NCBI GenBank assembly: GCA_016281555.1 | Contig: JAEEIV010000032.1 | Coordinates: forward strand, 311-64,310 | Direction: 5' to 3' | Length of the DNA: 64,000 bases | DNA from: Lachnospiraceae bacterium | GTDB lineage: Bacteria > Bacillota > Clostridia > Lachnospirales > Lachnospiraceae | In this document: positions 19,492-28,942 of the stretch, piece after piece | How the letters are laid out: each line of letters begins with the position of its first letter | Position numbering within the stretch: the stretch's first letter is position 1 | Position numbers and translations under genes: made by a program | Notes under the pieces: generated by a model | What the model was told of the DNA's origin: nothing | What the model saw: only the letters and a program-made list of their open reading frames with translations | Databases searched by the model: none

Positions 19492-19535
19492 GTCAGACCT
19501 CCTGTTGATTTTGTGGATTGAGGACCCGATCAGGA

Positions 19536-20195
19536 TCAGATCAGTCCTTCGGATTTGACGATCTTCACGATACGGCTCGTGCCGAGGCGTTCCGCACCGA
19601 GCGAGAGGAACTTTTCGGCGTCCTCGATCGAAGAGATGCCGCCGGCCGCCTTGATCTTCGTGCCGTTCGAAACGTGCTCGGCGAACAGTTTCACGTCGTC
19701 GAAAGTCGCGCCGCCCGTGGAAAAGCCGGTCGAAGTCTTGATGTAGTCCGCATCGGAAGCGGAGACTATCTCGGTGATTTTCACTTTTTCCTCTTCCGTG
19801 AGCAGGCAGGTCTCGACGATGACTTTCAGAAGCTTTCCGTAGCAGGACTTCTTGATCTCATTGATCTCGTTCAGCAGGTCCTCATAACGGCCGTCCTTCA
19901 GCCAGCCGACGTTGATGACCATGTCGACCTCGTCCGCGCCGTTTCTCACGGCGTCCGCGGCTTCAAAGCATTTTGCGGCGGTGGTGGAATAGCCGTTCGG
20001 GAAACCGATGACGGTGCAGATCTTCACGCCGCCCTTTGCGTATTCGGCCGCCTGTTTCACGAAGGAAGAGGGAATGCAGACCGAAGCGGTTTTGTATTTC
20101 ACGCCGTCGTCCACGATTTTCCGGATGTCTTCCCATGTCGATTCCTGCTTGAGGAGAGTGTGGTCCACATGGGCCAGGATTTCCTGTACGTTCAT
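19536..20195 (-). CDS. deoC: Deoxyribose-phosphate aldolase
   Basis: [23 protein letters not shown] and IKTSTGF (Schiff-base Lys region) match DeoC at 219 aa. Confidence 0.9.
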   Translation of the reverse strand: MNVQEILAHVDHTLLKQESTWEDIRKIVDDGVKYKTASVCIPSSFVKQAAEYAKGGVKICTVIGFPNGYSTTAAKCFEAADAVRNGADEVDMVINVGWLKDGRYEDLLNEINEIKKSCYGKLLKVIVETCLLTEEEKVKITEIVSASDADYIKTSTGFSTGGATFDDVKLFAEHVSNGTKIKAAGGISSIEDAEKFLSLGAERLGTSRIVKIVKSEGLI

Positions 20196-20243
20196 AGCTT
20201 TCTTTGCTCCTTTTTTATTCTGGAACCGCTGACCGGATCTTGC

Positions 20244-20879
20244 TCAATCCCGGTTCAGGAATTCCTTGCTTTTTCCTTTTTCTTCAATCAGCCGGACGTA
20301 GCATTTGTAACACATTCCGACGTAGCGGTCGTTGCCGCCGATCAGCACCTGGCTCCCTTCGGTAATGATCTCACCGGAGCCGTCGAATCTCGCGTTCACC
20401 GTGGCTTTCCGCCCGCAGCGGCAGATCGACTTGATCTCGGTGATGCTGTCCGCGATCTCAAGAAGCCGTTTGGACCCCGGGAACATCTTCGTCTGGAAAT
20501 CGGTCCTGAGACCGAAGCAGAGCACGGGAATGTCGGAAAAATCGGCCAGGTCCTTGAGTTCATTGACCTGAGAGACGGTAAGGAATTGCGCCTCGTCGAC
20601 GATGATGACGTCAAGCGGCGTACGCCGGTTTTCGTTTTCGAAAAGCGCCCTCATGGAGTCCCCGGCCGTGATCGCGACGGCTTCCTGGAACAGCCCGATC
20701 CTCGAACGGACGATGGTATGCACCCGCCCCGTTTCGTCGGTCACGTCGTCCCGGTTGTCCGTCGAAGGCTTCACAAGCAGAACGTGCTTGTCTTTCTCTT
20801 CGTAGTTGAATTTCGTCATGAGTGCCTGGGCCGTTTTCGACGAGCCCATGGCCCCGAACTTGAAATAGAGTTTCGCCAT
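20244..20879 (-). CDS. tdk: Thymidine kinase
   Basis: The internal start MAKLYFKFGAMGSSKTAQAL (P-loop) is at 20879. C-terminal zinc-ribbon cysteines (CRCGRKA..MCYKCY) are present. The 26-codon upstream extension in the track is unlikely to be real. Confidence 0.88.
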   Translation of the reverse strand: MAKLYFKFGAMGSSKTAQALMTKFNYEEKDKHVLLVKPSTDNRDDVTDETGRVHTIVRSRIGLFQEAVAITAGDSMRALFENENRRTPLDVIIVDEAQFLTVSQVNELKDLADFSDIPVLCFGLRTDFQTKMFPGSKRLLEIADSITEIKSICRCGRKATVNARFDGSGEIITEGSQVLIGGNDRYVGMCYKCYVRLIEEKGKSKEFLNRD

Positions 20880-21015
20880 TCCGGGATCCCTTTCTCCGAT
20901 CGTATAGATATGCCGTAATACTATTATAGAATAGCCGAAACAGGTAAGTTTTGTCAAGGAGAAAAGGGACGGCGGCCTTTTCCGGACGGACGGCCGAAAA
21001 AGAACGAGAAGAGTC

Positions 21016-21044
21016 TTGATTTTTCCGCCCCGTATAAGTAAAAT
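21016..21044 (+). promoter_or_regulatory. Candidate sigma-A promoter for the GH gene
   Basis: TTGATT (21016-21021), 17-nt spacer, TAAAAT (21039-21044), about 60 nt upstream of the ATG at 21105. Confidence 0.45.
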
Positions 21045-21104
21045 AGACAGAAAGGTCCGGCGGTTTCGGATCTACAATTTCATTGTCTGAAAGGAAGAGA
21101 GATC

Positions 21105-23126
21105 ATGTCAAAGTTTATTCCGGTTTATATGCATCCGGACTACATGCCGATCGACATTTCGTTCGTGTTCAAGGACGAAAAACCGGCGGGAAAGCATGGG
21201 TTTGCGAAAGTGGACGGAGAGAACATCCGGTTCGAGGACGGAACGCTTGCGCGTTTCTGGGGCGTCATGTTCAACGGCGCCGCCTGTTTCCCGACGCACG
21301 AGAAAGCGGAGCAGGTCGCGAGAAGACTGGCCCAGACCGGCATCAACATCGTCCGGTTCCATCAGATGGACGACGAGTGGACCGCGCCGAACCTGTACCG
21401 GCTGACGGCAGGCGAACGCGTGAAGAATACGCGCGATCTCTCCGAAGAGAGTCTGGAGCGTCTCGATTATCTCGTGAAGTGCCTGAAAGATCAGGGCATT
21501 TACGTGACGGTCGACATGACGACGTACCGGCGCTTCAAGCCCGGCGACGGCGTGAAGGACGCGCATCTCTTGCACGACGGCACGAGACTGTACGCGATGT
21601 ACGATCCGAAGATGATCGATCTGCAGAAGGAATTCTGCGAGAAATTCTGGAATCATCAGAATCCGTACACCGGCCTGAAATACAAGGACGATCCGGTCTT
21701 CGTGATGTGCACGATCATCAATGAAAACGATACCTTCATCAACCATGCGGGACGCCGCTGGTACAACCTGATCCCGTATTACGACGATGAATTCCGCGAC
21801 ATGTTCGCGGCGTGGCTGAAGGAGAAAGGCATTGACTACGATGCCTATAACTGCGAGCTGTTTGCGAAGGATCAGCCGATGTATGAATTCCGGATGGAAC
21901 TCATGCGCAAGTACTGCGACGAGATGTACGCCTACATCCGTTCGCTCGGCGTGAAGATCCCGATCTGCGGTTCGAACTATCACACCTGTTTCGGCACCGT
22001 GAAAGCTCAGGAAAACATGGATTTCCAGGATGCGCACAGCTATTTCTACGACTGGCATTGGGGCGAAGAGGAGAAGTGCTGCGCTCACAAGCACATCACC
22101 GAAGCGGCGACGGCGCCGCTTGCGGGTCCCTGCTGCAACCGGATCCACGGCAAGCCGTTCTTCATGACTGAGTGGGATATGCCGTTCCCGAACTCCTTCC
22201 GCGCGGAGGGCACGCTCTGGTATTCGTCCATGTCCTGCCTGCAGAACTGGACCGGCATGACCGTCCACACCTACGGCTACGGCCACGACATGAGCAAGTT
22301 CGACCTCCTCGGAAAGATCGCTTCGACCGACACGATCGGCGGCGTTCCGTACCGGGAAGGCATTTTCGCGATCTGGAACGATCCGGCGCAGTACGGCCTG
22401 TTCTATCACGCGGCGCTGATGGTGCGCCGTCAGGACGTGAGCCCGGCGAAGGAGATCCTCGGTCAGGAAGTCACGCCGGATCTTTACGGAAAACGGGCGC
22501 TGGCACTGAGCGGCACCGCTCTGGAGATCCATCAGGTGCATTCGGTGCTCGACACCTGCAGCAGGGAAGGTCTGACCGAACTCCGTGATCCCTCGAAGCC
22601 GTACGAACGCGAGGATCCGAAGGAGATCGCTTCCGATACCGGCGAACTGAAACGGTATCCGGGCAAGGGATATGCGGTCATTGACACGCCGAGAACGAAG
22701 TCCGTTTACGGACGGATCGGCACGCAGGCGGTCAATACGAAGACGAAGCCCGTCACCAAGAAGGAATTGAACCACGTGGCGATCAGCTGTCTGACCGACT
22801 TTGCGACGATCACGATGTCTTCACTGACCGACGATCCGATCGAGAAGTCCGACAACATTCTGTTGACCGCGGTCGGCCGCGCGAGAAACCACGGAGCAGA
22901 ATTCGACGGCGAGAAGATGCTTTATGCCGGCACGAATCCGATCGAAGTCGAGGTCATTAAGGCGGACATTGAGATCGAGACGGACCGCGAGACGCTCGAA
23001 GTCTGGGCGATCGATTCCGAAGGGTTCTATTCCGGAAGAGTGGATTCCGTTTACGATGACGGAAAGCGGAAGTTCACGATCGGCGAAGAGTTCCCGTGCA
23101 TGTATTATCTCATCGTGGAACCGTAA
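21105..23126 (+). CDS. Clan GH-A (GH5-like TIM-barrel) glycoside hydrolase, no signal peptide seen
   Basis: RFWGVMFNGAACF..GINIVRFHQMD, the IINEND (acid/base NE-type) motif and FFMTEWDMPF (nucleophile TEW-type) resemble cellulase-superfamily enzymes. The family assignment is not verified. Confidence 0.6.
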   Translation: MSKFIPVYMHPDYMPIDISFVFKDEKPAGKHGFAKVDGENIRFEDGTLARFWGVMFNGAACFPTHEKAEQVARRLAQTGINIVRFHQMDDEWTAPNLYRLTAGERVKNTRDLSEESLERLDYLVKCLKDQGIYVTVDMTTYRRFKPGDGVKDAHLLHDGTRLYAMYDPKMIDLQKEFCEKFWNHQNPYTGLKYKDDPVFVMCTIINENDTFINHAGRRWYNLIPYYDDEFRDMFAAWLKEKGIDYDAYNCELFAKDQPMYEFRMELMRKYCDEMYAYIRSLGVKIPICGSNYHTCFGTVKAQENMDFQDAHSYFYDWHWGEEEKCCAHKHITEAATAPLAGPCCNRIHGKPFFMTEWDMPFPNSFRAEGTLWYSSMSCLQNWTGMTVHTYGYGHDMSKFDLLGKIASTDTIGGVPYREGIFAIWNDPAQYGLFYHAALMVRRQDVSPAKEILGQEVTPDLYGKRALALSGTALEIHQVHSVLDTCSREGLTELRDPSKPYEREDPKEIASDTGELKRYPGKGYAVIDTPRTKSVYGRIGTQAVNTKTKPVTKKELNHVAISCLTDFATITMSSLTDDPIEKSDNILLTAVGRARNHGAEFDGEKMLYAGTNPIEVEVIKADIEIETDRETLEVWAIDSEGFYSGRVDSVYDDGKRKFTIGEEFPCMYYLIVEP

Positions 23127-23207
23127 GACAGAGAAAGGCGAAACCGGGCTGCTTTTCTTGAAGCCGGCGGTCGCGGATGAAAGAATAAAAGAGAGGATTG
23201 GGAGTTT

Positions 23208-24314
23208 ATGATCAGGATCGGTTTTACCGGAGACATCGGATTTACGAGGTATTTCAAGGGACGCGAGGAAGCGGATTTCGTGGATGAGAAATTGATCTCT
23301 TTCCTGAACGACGCGGATTACACGGTCTTAAACGTGGAAGGCGCGGTCGCCGCTCCGACGCACGCAGGTCTTTTCGTGCATACGAACTCGCCGAAGGCGA
23401 TCCCGCAGTTCAAGCGCATGCACGGAAACATCTGGAATCTGGCGAACAATCATACGATGGACGCGGAAGAGGACGGCATGATCGAGACGCTGCGCCACGC
23501 GAAGGAAGCCGGAGCGCAGACGATCGGCGCCGGTGCGAACCTGGAAGGCGCGATGACGCCGGTCATCATTGAGGAGGAAGGCGGCATCGGTCTGTTCGGC
23601 GTGGCCTACACGAAGAAGAACGTTCCGGCGTCAAAGGAACACGCGGGCTGCCTCGTGGAATCCCAGACCGACGAGATCCGCGAAGTGGTGAAGGGGATCA
23701 AGGAAAAGTGCCGTTGGTGCGTGATGGTCATTCACAGCGGCAGCGAGTTCCTGGACATTCCGACGAAGAATTACCGGGACACGTACCGTTCGTACATTGA
23801 CATGGGCGTGGACGTCATCGTGGCGCATCATCCTCACGTGCCGGAAAACTATGAACTGTACAAGGGCAAGTACATTTTCTACTCCCTTGGGAATTTCATT
23901 TTCGACACGGATTATCAGCGCGTGCAGCCGCACACCACGGAAGGCATTCTTCTGAAGCTGTCCTTTACGGAAAAAGAGGTGACGTTTGAAGCGCAGGGCA
24001 CGAAGATCGACCGCGAGACCGGGACGATCGGACCTGCCGAGCTTCCCGTCGTGTTCACCTGCCTCGACGAAGCGGATTACGAATATCTTTCGCCTCTGGC
24101 CTGCAAGCGCTATCTCGAGCACGAGCGGAACCGCTCGACGTTCGTGAATCCGGAGGAAGTGCAGGGCTTTACCGTCGAAGACTGGCTCGTGCGATGGAAG
24201 AAAGAGATCGACGGCGGACGCGCGGTCCTTCGTTGCTGCCTCGAAGAAGCGCCGAAGTACGATCCCGAAAAGCACGATCCGAAGTATGCGGAACTGGAGG
24301 CGTATCTCGTCTGA
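23208..24314 (+). CDS. CapA-family (PGA_cap) metallophosphatase-like protein
   Basis: GDIGFTRY, LNVEGAV, NLANNHTMD, HSGSEF, AHHPHV and SLGNFIFD are the CapA/metallophosphoesterase motifs. No capB/capC genes lie nearby. Confidence 0.8.
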   Translation: MIRIGFTGDIGFTRYFKGREEADFVDEKLISFLNDADYTVLNVEGAVAAPTHAGLFVHTNSPKAIPQFKRMHGNIWNLANNHTMDAEEDGMIETLRHAKEAGAQTIGAGANLEGAMTPVIIEEEGGIGLFGVAYTKKNVPASKEHAGCLVESQTDEIREVVKGIKEKCRWCVMVIHSGSEFLDIPTKNYRDTYRSYIDMGVDVIVAHHPHVPENYELYKGKYIFYSLGNFIFDTDYQRVQPHTTEGILLKLSFTEKEVTFEAQGTKIDRETGTIGPAELPVVFTCLDEADYEYLSPLACKRYLEHERNRSTFVNPEEVQGFTVEDWLVRWKKEIDGGRAVLRCCLEEAPKYDPEKHDPKYAELEAYLV

Positions 24315-24360
24315 TCCGTGACGTCCGGGAACGGAAAACAGTCATACGGTTTTAACACTG

Positions 24361-24390
24361 CGGGCTTGCAATTGCAGGCCCGTTTGTGTT
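24361..24390 (+). terminator. Intrinsic terminator after the CapA-like gene
   Basis: CGGGCTTGCA-AT-TGCAGGCCCG forms a hairpin with one G-T pair, followed by TTTGTGTT. Confidence 0.65.
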
Positions 24391-24404
24391 AGAATAAACT
24401 TGCT

Positions 24405-25490
24405 ATGTTCTTAACAGCGGAAATGGGCGCTGCCCTCGTCGGGTGGTTCGAAAAGAATAAACGGACGATGGCCTGGCGGGACGATCCGTCCCCGTATCAC
24501 GTGTGGGTGTCGGAGATCATGCTCCAGCAGACGCGTGTGGAGACGGTGCATTCGTATTACGCCCGGTTCATGAAGGCGTTTCCGACGTTACAAAGCCTGG
24601 CGGACGCCGGAGAGGAAGTCCTTCTGAAACAGTGGGAAGGGCTCGGCTATTACAGCCGGGCGCGAAATCTTCAGAAGGCCGCGAAGACCGTGGTTTCGGA
24701 ATACGGCGGAGTCGTGCCGGATTCCTTTGAGAAGCTCGTGAAGCTTCCCGGGATCGGTTCCTATACGGCGGGCGCGATCCTGTCCATCGCGTTTCATAAG
24801 CCCTTTCCGGTCGCGGACGGCAACGTCCTCAGGGTCCTTTCGAGAGTGCTCGGCCGGACGGATGACGTCCGGGACGAAAAGACGAAGGAGCGGTTTGAGA
24901 AAGAATTGAAGGCCTATCTCGACAGGGTCGCCTTGGATCCCGGAGAATTCAATCAGGGTCTCATGGAACTCGGCGCGCTCGTCTGCATTCCGAACGGACG
25001 GCCGAAATGTACGGAATGTCCGTGGAACGCTCTCTGCGAAGCCAAAAGGCGCGGACTCGAAGAAGCATTGCCGGTGATCTCGCCGAAGGCGGAGAAAAAG
25101 GTCGAGGAAAAGACGGTCCTTTTGCTGTACGAAGGGGAGAAACTGCTCGTCGAAAAGAGAAGCGGCAGGGACGTCCTGAACGGCTTGTACGGCTTTCCTT
25201 CGGCGGAGGGCGAACTGTCACAGAACCGGCTGTCCGAAGCGGTTTCCGGAGGGACGGTCAAGAAGCTGCCCGATCAAAGACACGTGTTCACACACAAGGT
25301 CTGGAACATGCATTGTTACGAAGTCAAAGTCGAAAACTTCGGCGCGGTGAGCGGCCGGGTGTTCGGATTGCTTTACGGGACAGAGGGAACGCCGGCATCG
25401 TACCGACTGGTCGGAAAGAAGGAACTGGAAGAAGAGATCGCATTGCCGGCGGCCTTCCGGAAATGGCCGTTGTTCGGTTCTGAAACATGA
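24405..25490 (+). CDS. mutY: A/G-specific adenine DNA glycosylase
   Basis: WRDDPSPYHVWVSEIMLQQTRVETV, a GLGYYSRARNL HhH-GPD region, the Fe-S cluster loop CIPNGRPKCTECPWNALC and a C-terminal NUDIX-like domain. Confidence 0.92.
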   Translation: MFLTAEMGAALVGWFEKNKRTMAWRDDPSPYHVWVSEIMLQQTRVETVHSYYARFMKAFPTLQSLADAGEEVLLKQWEGLGYYSRARNLQKAAKTVVSEYGGVVPDSFEKLVKLPGIGSYTAGAILSIAFHKPFPVADGNVLRVLSRVLGRTDDVRDEKTKERFEKELKAYLDRVALDPGEFNQGLMELGALVCIPNGRPKCTECPWNALCEAKRRGLEEALPVISPKAEKKVEEKTVLLLYEGEKLLVEKRSGRDVLNGLYGFPSAEGELSQNRLSEAVSGGTVKKLPDQRHVFTHKVWNMHCYEVKVENFGAVSGRVFGLLYGTEGTPASYRLVGKKELEEEIALPAAFRKWPLFGSET

Positions 25491-26653
25491 GAAAACTGAT
25501 GAGGAAAATCGGAATAGTTCTCCTTGTGCTGGCGGCAGCGCTTGGCATTGCCGGGTGCAATGAGGGCGGAAAAACCTACGAACGGGCGAAGGACGCCTAT
25601 GAGAAGGGACACTATGAAGAAGCGGTCTCTCTCTACCGTCTCGCGATCTCTCAGGGAGAAAAGAGCGGAGTCGTTTATGCCGACCTCGCATTGGCTTATC
25701 AGGGCTACGGCGATACGGAAAAGGCCGACGAGGCGATGGAGCGGGCGCTTTCGGAAGGAAAGGACCGGGAGGCGGTCCTGAAGAGAGAAGGCATCCTGAA
25801 GTATCTGAGAAGCGAATACGGGGAAGCCGGGACATTGTTCGAGCGGATCGTGGCGGAGGAAGGCATCCTTTCCGGCGAGAAAAAGCCGGGGCAGGAAGCT
25901 TTGGAAAACGTCGGTTTCCTGGCGGAATGCCGGAAGGAGAACGGGGAATACCGCGAAGCCATCGAACTCTTTAAGTTTCTGATCACGAACGGGTTCCACA
26001 CGCTTGAATCCAAACTGAAGATCGGGGAATGCCTCCTGGCTGAAAACGAGTTTTATGCCGCCGCGACGTATTTCGACTGGGCGAAAGAGGAACCGGACAT
26101 GAAACCGGAGCATTACCTCTTCATCTACCGGGCGGCGCGCGAGGCGGAAGACTACAGGGATTCGGAACTCTATTTCCAGGAAGGGTTATCGCTCTGCACC
26201 GGAGAAGACGGGACGATGACCGTGGGAGAATACTACGCCTATGCCGGGAAATTCCTGGCGGCGGCGGAAAAGCTGACGACCGAGAACACGACGGGGGCGA
26301 TCCTCGCCAAGGCCGCCATCGCGATCCGGGACGGGCGGTATGAAGAGGCGGAGTCATATTATCAGCTCCTGGTCCGGAGAGGAGAGGAACTTCCGGTCGT
26401 ATACAATCAGTACATGATCCTGAAAGCGGTGCAGGGCGAATACGACGCCGCGAAGCAGCTGCTTTCCGAGATCCGTTCCTACCGCGACCGCTCCATCGAG
26501 GAAGACGTGGACTGGAACGAGATCATATTGTACGAAATGCAGCAGGAGTACCGGAAGGCGTACGACCTGCTTCTGGAGTTCAGAAAGACCTACGGACAGT
26601 CGGAGGAAACGGAGCGGGAAGAACGCTTCCTTTCCCGGGTACTCACCCCATGA
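25487..26653 (+). CDS. TPR-repeat lipoprotein
   Basis: MRKLMRKIGIVLLVLAAALGIAGC has a lipobox. The rest consists of Y/A/E-rich helical repeats typical of TPR. ATGA start/stop overlap with mutY. Confidence 0.7.
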   Translation: MRKLMRKIGIVLLVLAAALGIAGCNEGGKTYERAKDAYEKGHYEEAVSLYRLAISQGEKSGVVYADLALAYQGYGDTEKADEAMERALSEGKDREAVLKREGILKYLRSEYGEAGTLFERIVAEEGILSGEKKPGQEALENVGFLAECRKENGEYREAIELFKFLITNGFHTLESKLKIGECLLAENEFYAAATYFDWAKEEPDMKPEHYLFIYRAAREAEDYRDSELYFQEGLSLCTGEDGTMTVGEYYAYAGKFLAAAEKLTTENTTGAILAKAAIAIRDGRYEEAESYYQLLVRRGEELPVVYNQYMILKAVQGEYDAAKQLLSEIRSYRDRSIEEDVDWNEIILYEMQQEYRKAYDLLLEFRKTYGQSEETEREERFLSRVLTP

Positions 26654-27456
26654 AGAAGCCCGGTCTCTTTCTCCGGGACCGGTTTCTCACGGTTTCCTAC
26701 GAACTGCCGTTTCCGGATCTTCCGGAATCGTTCGACGGCTTTTCCCTCGTGTTCCTCTCGGACCTGCACGGGAAGTCGTTCGGGACCGGCAATGAGGATC
26801 TCATCCGGGGCATTGTAAACGCCGCTCCGGACGCAGTGGTCTTCGGCGGAGATTCGACGATCGTAAGAAAGCGGAAAATGAAGGGCCTTTCCGCAGTTGA
26901 ATCGCTTCTTCAGGGGATCGCAGGCCGATTTCCCCTGTATCATGCGGAAGGCAATCACGAAGTCCGGATGAAAGAAGGATTCCGGAACGAATGGGAGAGC
27001 CTTCTCGAGAAGTATTCCGTGACGAAGCTGAAAGACGGTACGGCAGTGATCCGGCGGGGAGAGGAAGAACTCCGGATCTCGGGACTGTCCCTGCCGGAGA
27101 CTTATTTCAGGAACTTCAGAAAGGAGCCTCTTCCCGAAGAATTCATCGAAACGAAACTCGGAGAGAAAAAGGGTTTTACCGTATTGCTGGTCCATTCGCC
27201 GGCATATTTCGACGAGGCAGCGGCCTACGGCGCCGAACTTACGCTTTCAGGACATTACCACGGCGGCACGGTCCGACTCGGGAAACGAGGACTCATGACG
27301 CCCGACTTCGTGTTTTTCGAGAAAAGAGTGCAGGGGCTGTTTGAACTCGGAAAAAGCAAACTCATCGTCAGCGCGGGACTCGGCACCCACTCCGTGAACT
27401 TACGGGTGGGCGATCCGCCGGAACTTGTGAAGATCGTACTCAGAAAGACGAAATGA
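26650..27456 (+). CDS. Calcineurin-like metallophosphoesterase (YkuE-like)
   Basis: The motif series SDLHG, GGDS, EGNHE, VHSP and GHYHGG is present. ATGA overlap with the upstream gene. Confidence 0.8.
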   Translation: MKKPGLFLRDRFLTVSYELPFPDLPESFDGFSLVFLSDLHGKSFGTGNEDLIRGIVNAAPDAVVFGGDSTIVRKRKMKGLSAVESLLQGIAGRFPLYHAEGNHEVRMKEGFRNEWESLLEKYSVTKLKDGTAVIRRGEEELRISGLSLPETYFRNFRKEPLPEEFIETKLGEKKGFTVLLVHSPAYFDEAAAYGAELTLSGHYHGGTVRLGKRGLMTPDFVFFEKRVQGLFELGKSKLIVSAGLGTHSVNLRVGDPPELVKIVLRKTK

Positions 27457-28247
27457 TGGAACAGGTGGAATTTAAACTGGAGTCGTTCGAAGGTCCGCTG
27501 GACCTCCTGCTTCAGCTCATTGAAAAGAACAAGGTCGACATTTACGACATTCCGATCGCTGTGATCACGGACCAGTATCTCGAATATCTGGACCGGCTGA
27601 AGGCCATGGATCTCGACAATCTGTCCGACTTTCTCGTCATGGCCTGCACCCTGCTCGACATCAAGGCAAGGATGCTGCTTCCGAAGGAAGAGGACGAGAA
27701 CGGAGAAGAGATCGATCCGCGGCTGGAACTGGAAGTCCGGCTCGCGGAGTATCAGGAATACAAGAACAAAGCGGCGGAACTGCGCTCGTACGACGAGAGC
27801 ACGGACGGGCAGATGACGCGGGACGAGGACCTTCCGAAAGAGGTCCGGAACTATAAGCCCGTGCCGGATTACGACGAGTTATTCAAGGACGTGACGATGG
27901 AACGGCTGAAGAGCCTGTTTGAACTCGTGCTCCGGCGGCAGGAAGACAAGGTGGATCCGATCCGCGCCTCCTTCGGCACCATCAAGGCCGATCCCGTCCG
28001 GATCTCGGACAAGTTCGCGTTCCTGAAGGATTACGGGCGGAAGAGAAAACACTTCACGTTTTCCGGCCTCATGGAAGGACAGAAGACGAAAGCGGACGTC
28101 GTCGTGACGTTCCTTGCGCTTCTGGAACTCGTGAAGATCGGGCAGATCAAGGTGAAGCAGGAAGAAACGTTCAGCGAGATCGAACTGGAATGGGACGATA
28201 CCTGCGACGCGGAAGTCGCAAAAGAGGACATCAAGCAATATGAATGA
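27453..28247 (+). CDS. scpA: Segregation and condensation protein A
   Basis: FEGPLDLLLQLIEKNKVDIYDIPIAVITDQYLEYL is the ScpA N-terminal signature. scpB follows. Confidence 0.92.
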   Translation: MMEQVEFKLESFEGPLDLLLQLIEKNKVDIYDIPIAVITDQYLEYLDRLKAMDLDNLSDFLVMACTLLDIKARMLLPKEEDENGEEIDPRLELEVRLAEYQEYKNKAAELRSYDESTDGQMTRDEDLPKEVRNYKPVPDYDELFKDVTMERLKSLFELVLRRQEDKVDPIRASFGTIKADPVRISDKFAFLKDYGRKRKHFTFSGLMEGQKTKADVVVTFLALLELVKIGQIKVKQEETFSEIELEWDDTCDAEVAKEDIKQYE

Positions 28248-28923
28248 CAGTGAGTTGATGAAAAAGGAAGCGGCGTTGGAAGCCGTACTGTTCACCATGG
28301 GGGCGTCCGTGAAAGAGGCGACGCTTTCGAAGGCCATGGAAATATCCGTGGAGGAACTGGAGGACGTGGCGTCTGCATTGCAGGAAAAATATGAGGCGGA
28401 GGACCGCGGCATCCGGATCATCCGTCTGGAGGATGCGTACCAGCTCGTCACGAAAACCGAGTTTTACGAGGTGCTGATCCGGGTGGCGTCGACGCCGGTG
28501 AAACCGACGCTGACCGACGTCATGCTGGAGGTGCTTTCGATCATTGCCTACAAGCAGCCGGTGACGCGGTCGGAGATCGAGCGGATCCGCGGCGTTTCCA
28601 GCGATTATTCGGTGAACCGTCTGATCGAATTCGGACTCGTCGAAGAGAAGGGCCGTCAGGAAAGCCCCGGGCGCCCGATCCTGTTCGGCACGACCGAAGA
28701 ATTCCTGCGCCGGTTCGGCCTTTCCTCGACGGAAGACCTGCCGCCGATCAATGAGGAGCTGCTCCTCAAGGTGAAGGAACTCGAGGAATACGCCCAGAAC
28801 TCGCTGGAGATGGAAGGGCAGATGACTTTCCCGATCAGTGCGGACGGGCGGCTCCTCAACGAGGAAGAAGTCAAGGAAAGCGCGGACTCCGCCAATGAAG
28901 GACCGATCACGGTCGACGTATGA
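28240..28923 (+). CDS. scpB: Segregation and condensation protein B
   Basis: LEAVLFTMG, AYQLVTK, LSIIAYKQPVTRSEIERIRGV and GRPILFGTTEEFLRRFGL are ScpB signatures. Overlaps scpA by 8 nt. Confidence 0.9.
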   Translation: MNDSELMKKEAALEAVLFTMGASVKEATLSKAMEISVEELEDVASALQEKYEAEDRGIRIIRLEDAYQLVTKTEFYEVLIRVASTPVKPTLTDVMLEVLSIIAYKQPVTRSEIERIRGVSSDYSVNRLIEFGLVEEKGRQESPGRPILFGTTEEFLRRFGLSSTEDLPPINEELLLKVKELEEYAQNSLEMEGQMTFPISADGRLLNEEEVKESADSANEGPITVDV

Positions 28924-28942
28924 CGGACGGGAGGACCGGGGA

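Noticed and set aside
21108-22775. 555-aa minus-strand ORF antisense to the GH gene
   Set aside because: Arg/Val/His-rich composition, no RBS or motifs, and full overlap with a motif-supported gene.
28838-28942. Upstream extension of the yfcE-like ORF
   Set aside because: It overlaps the scpB 3' end. The conserved MKLMIASDLHG start at 28943 has its own GGGAGGA RBS.
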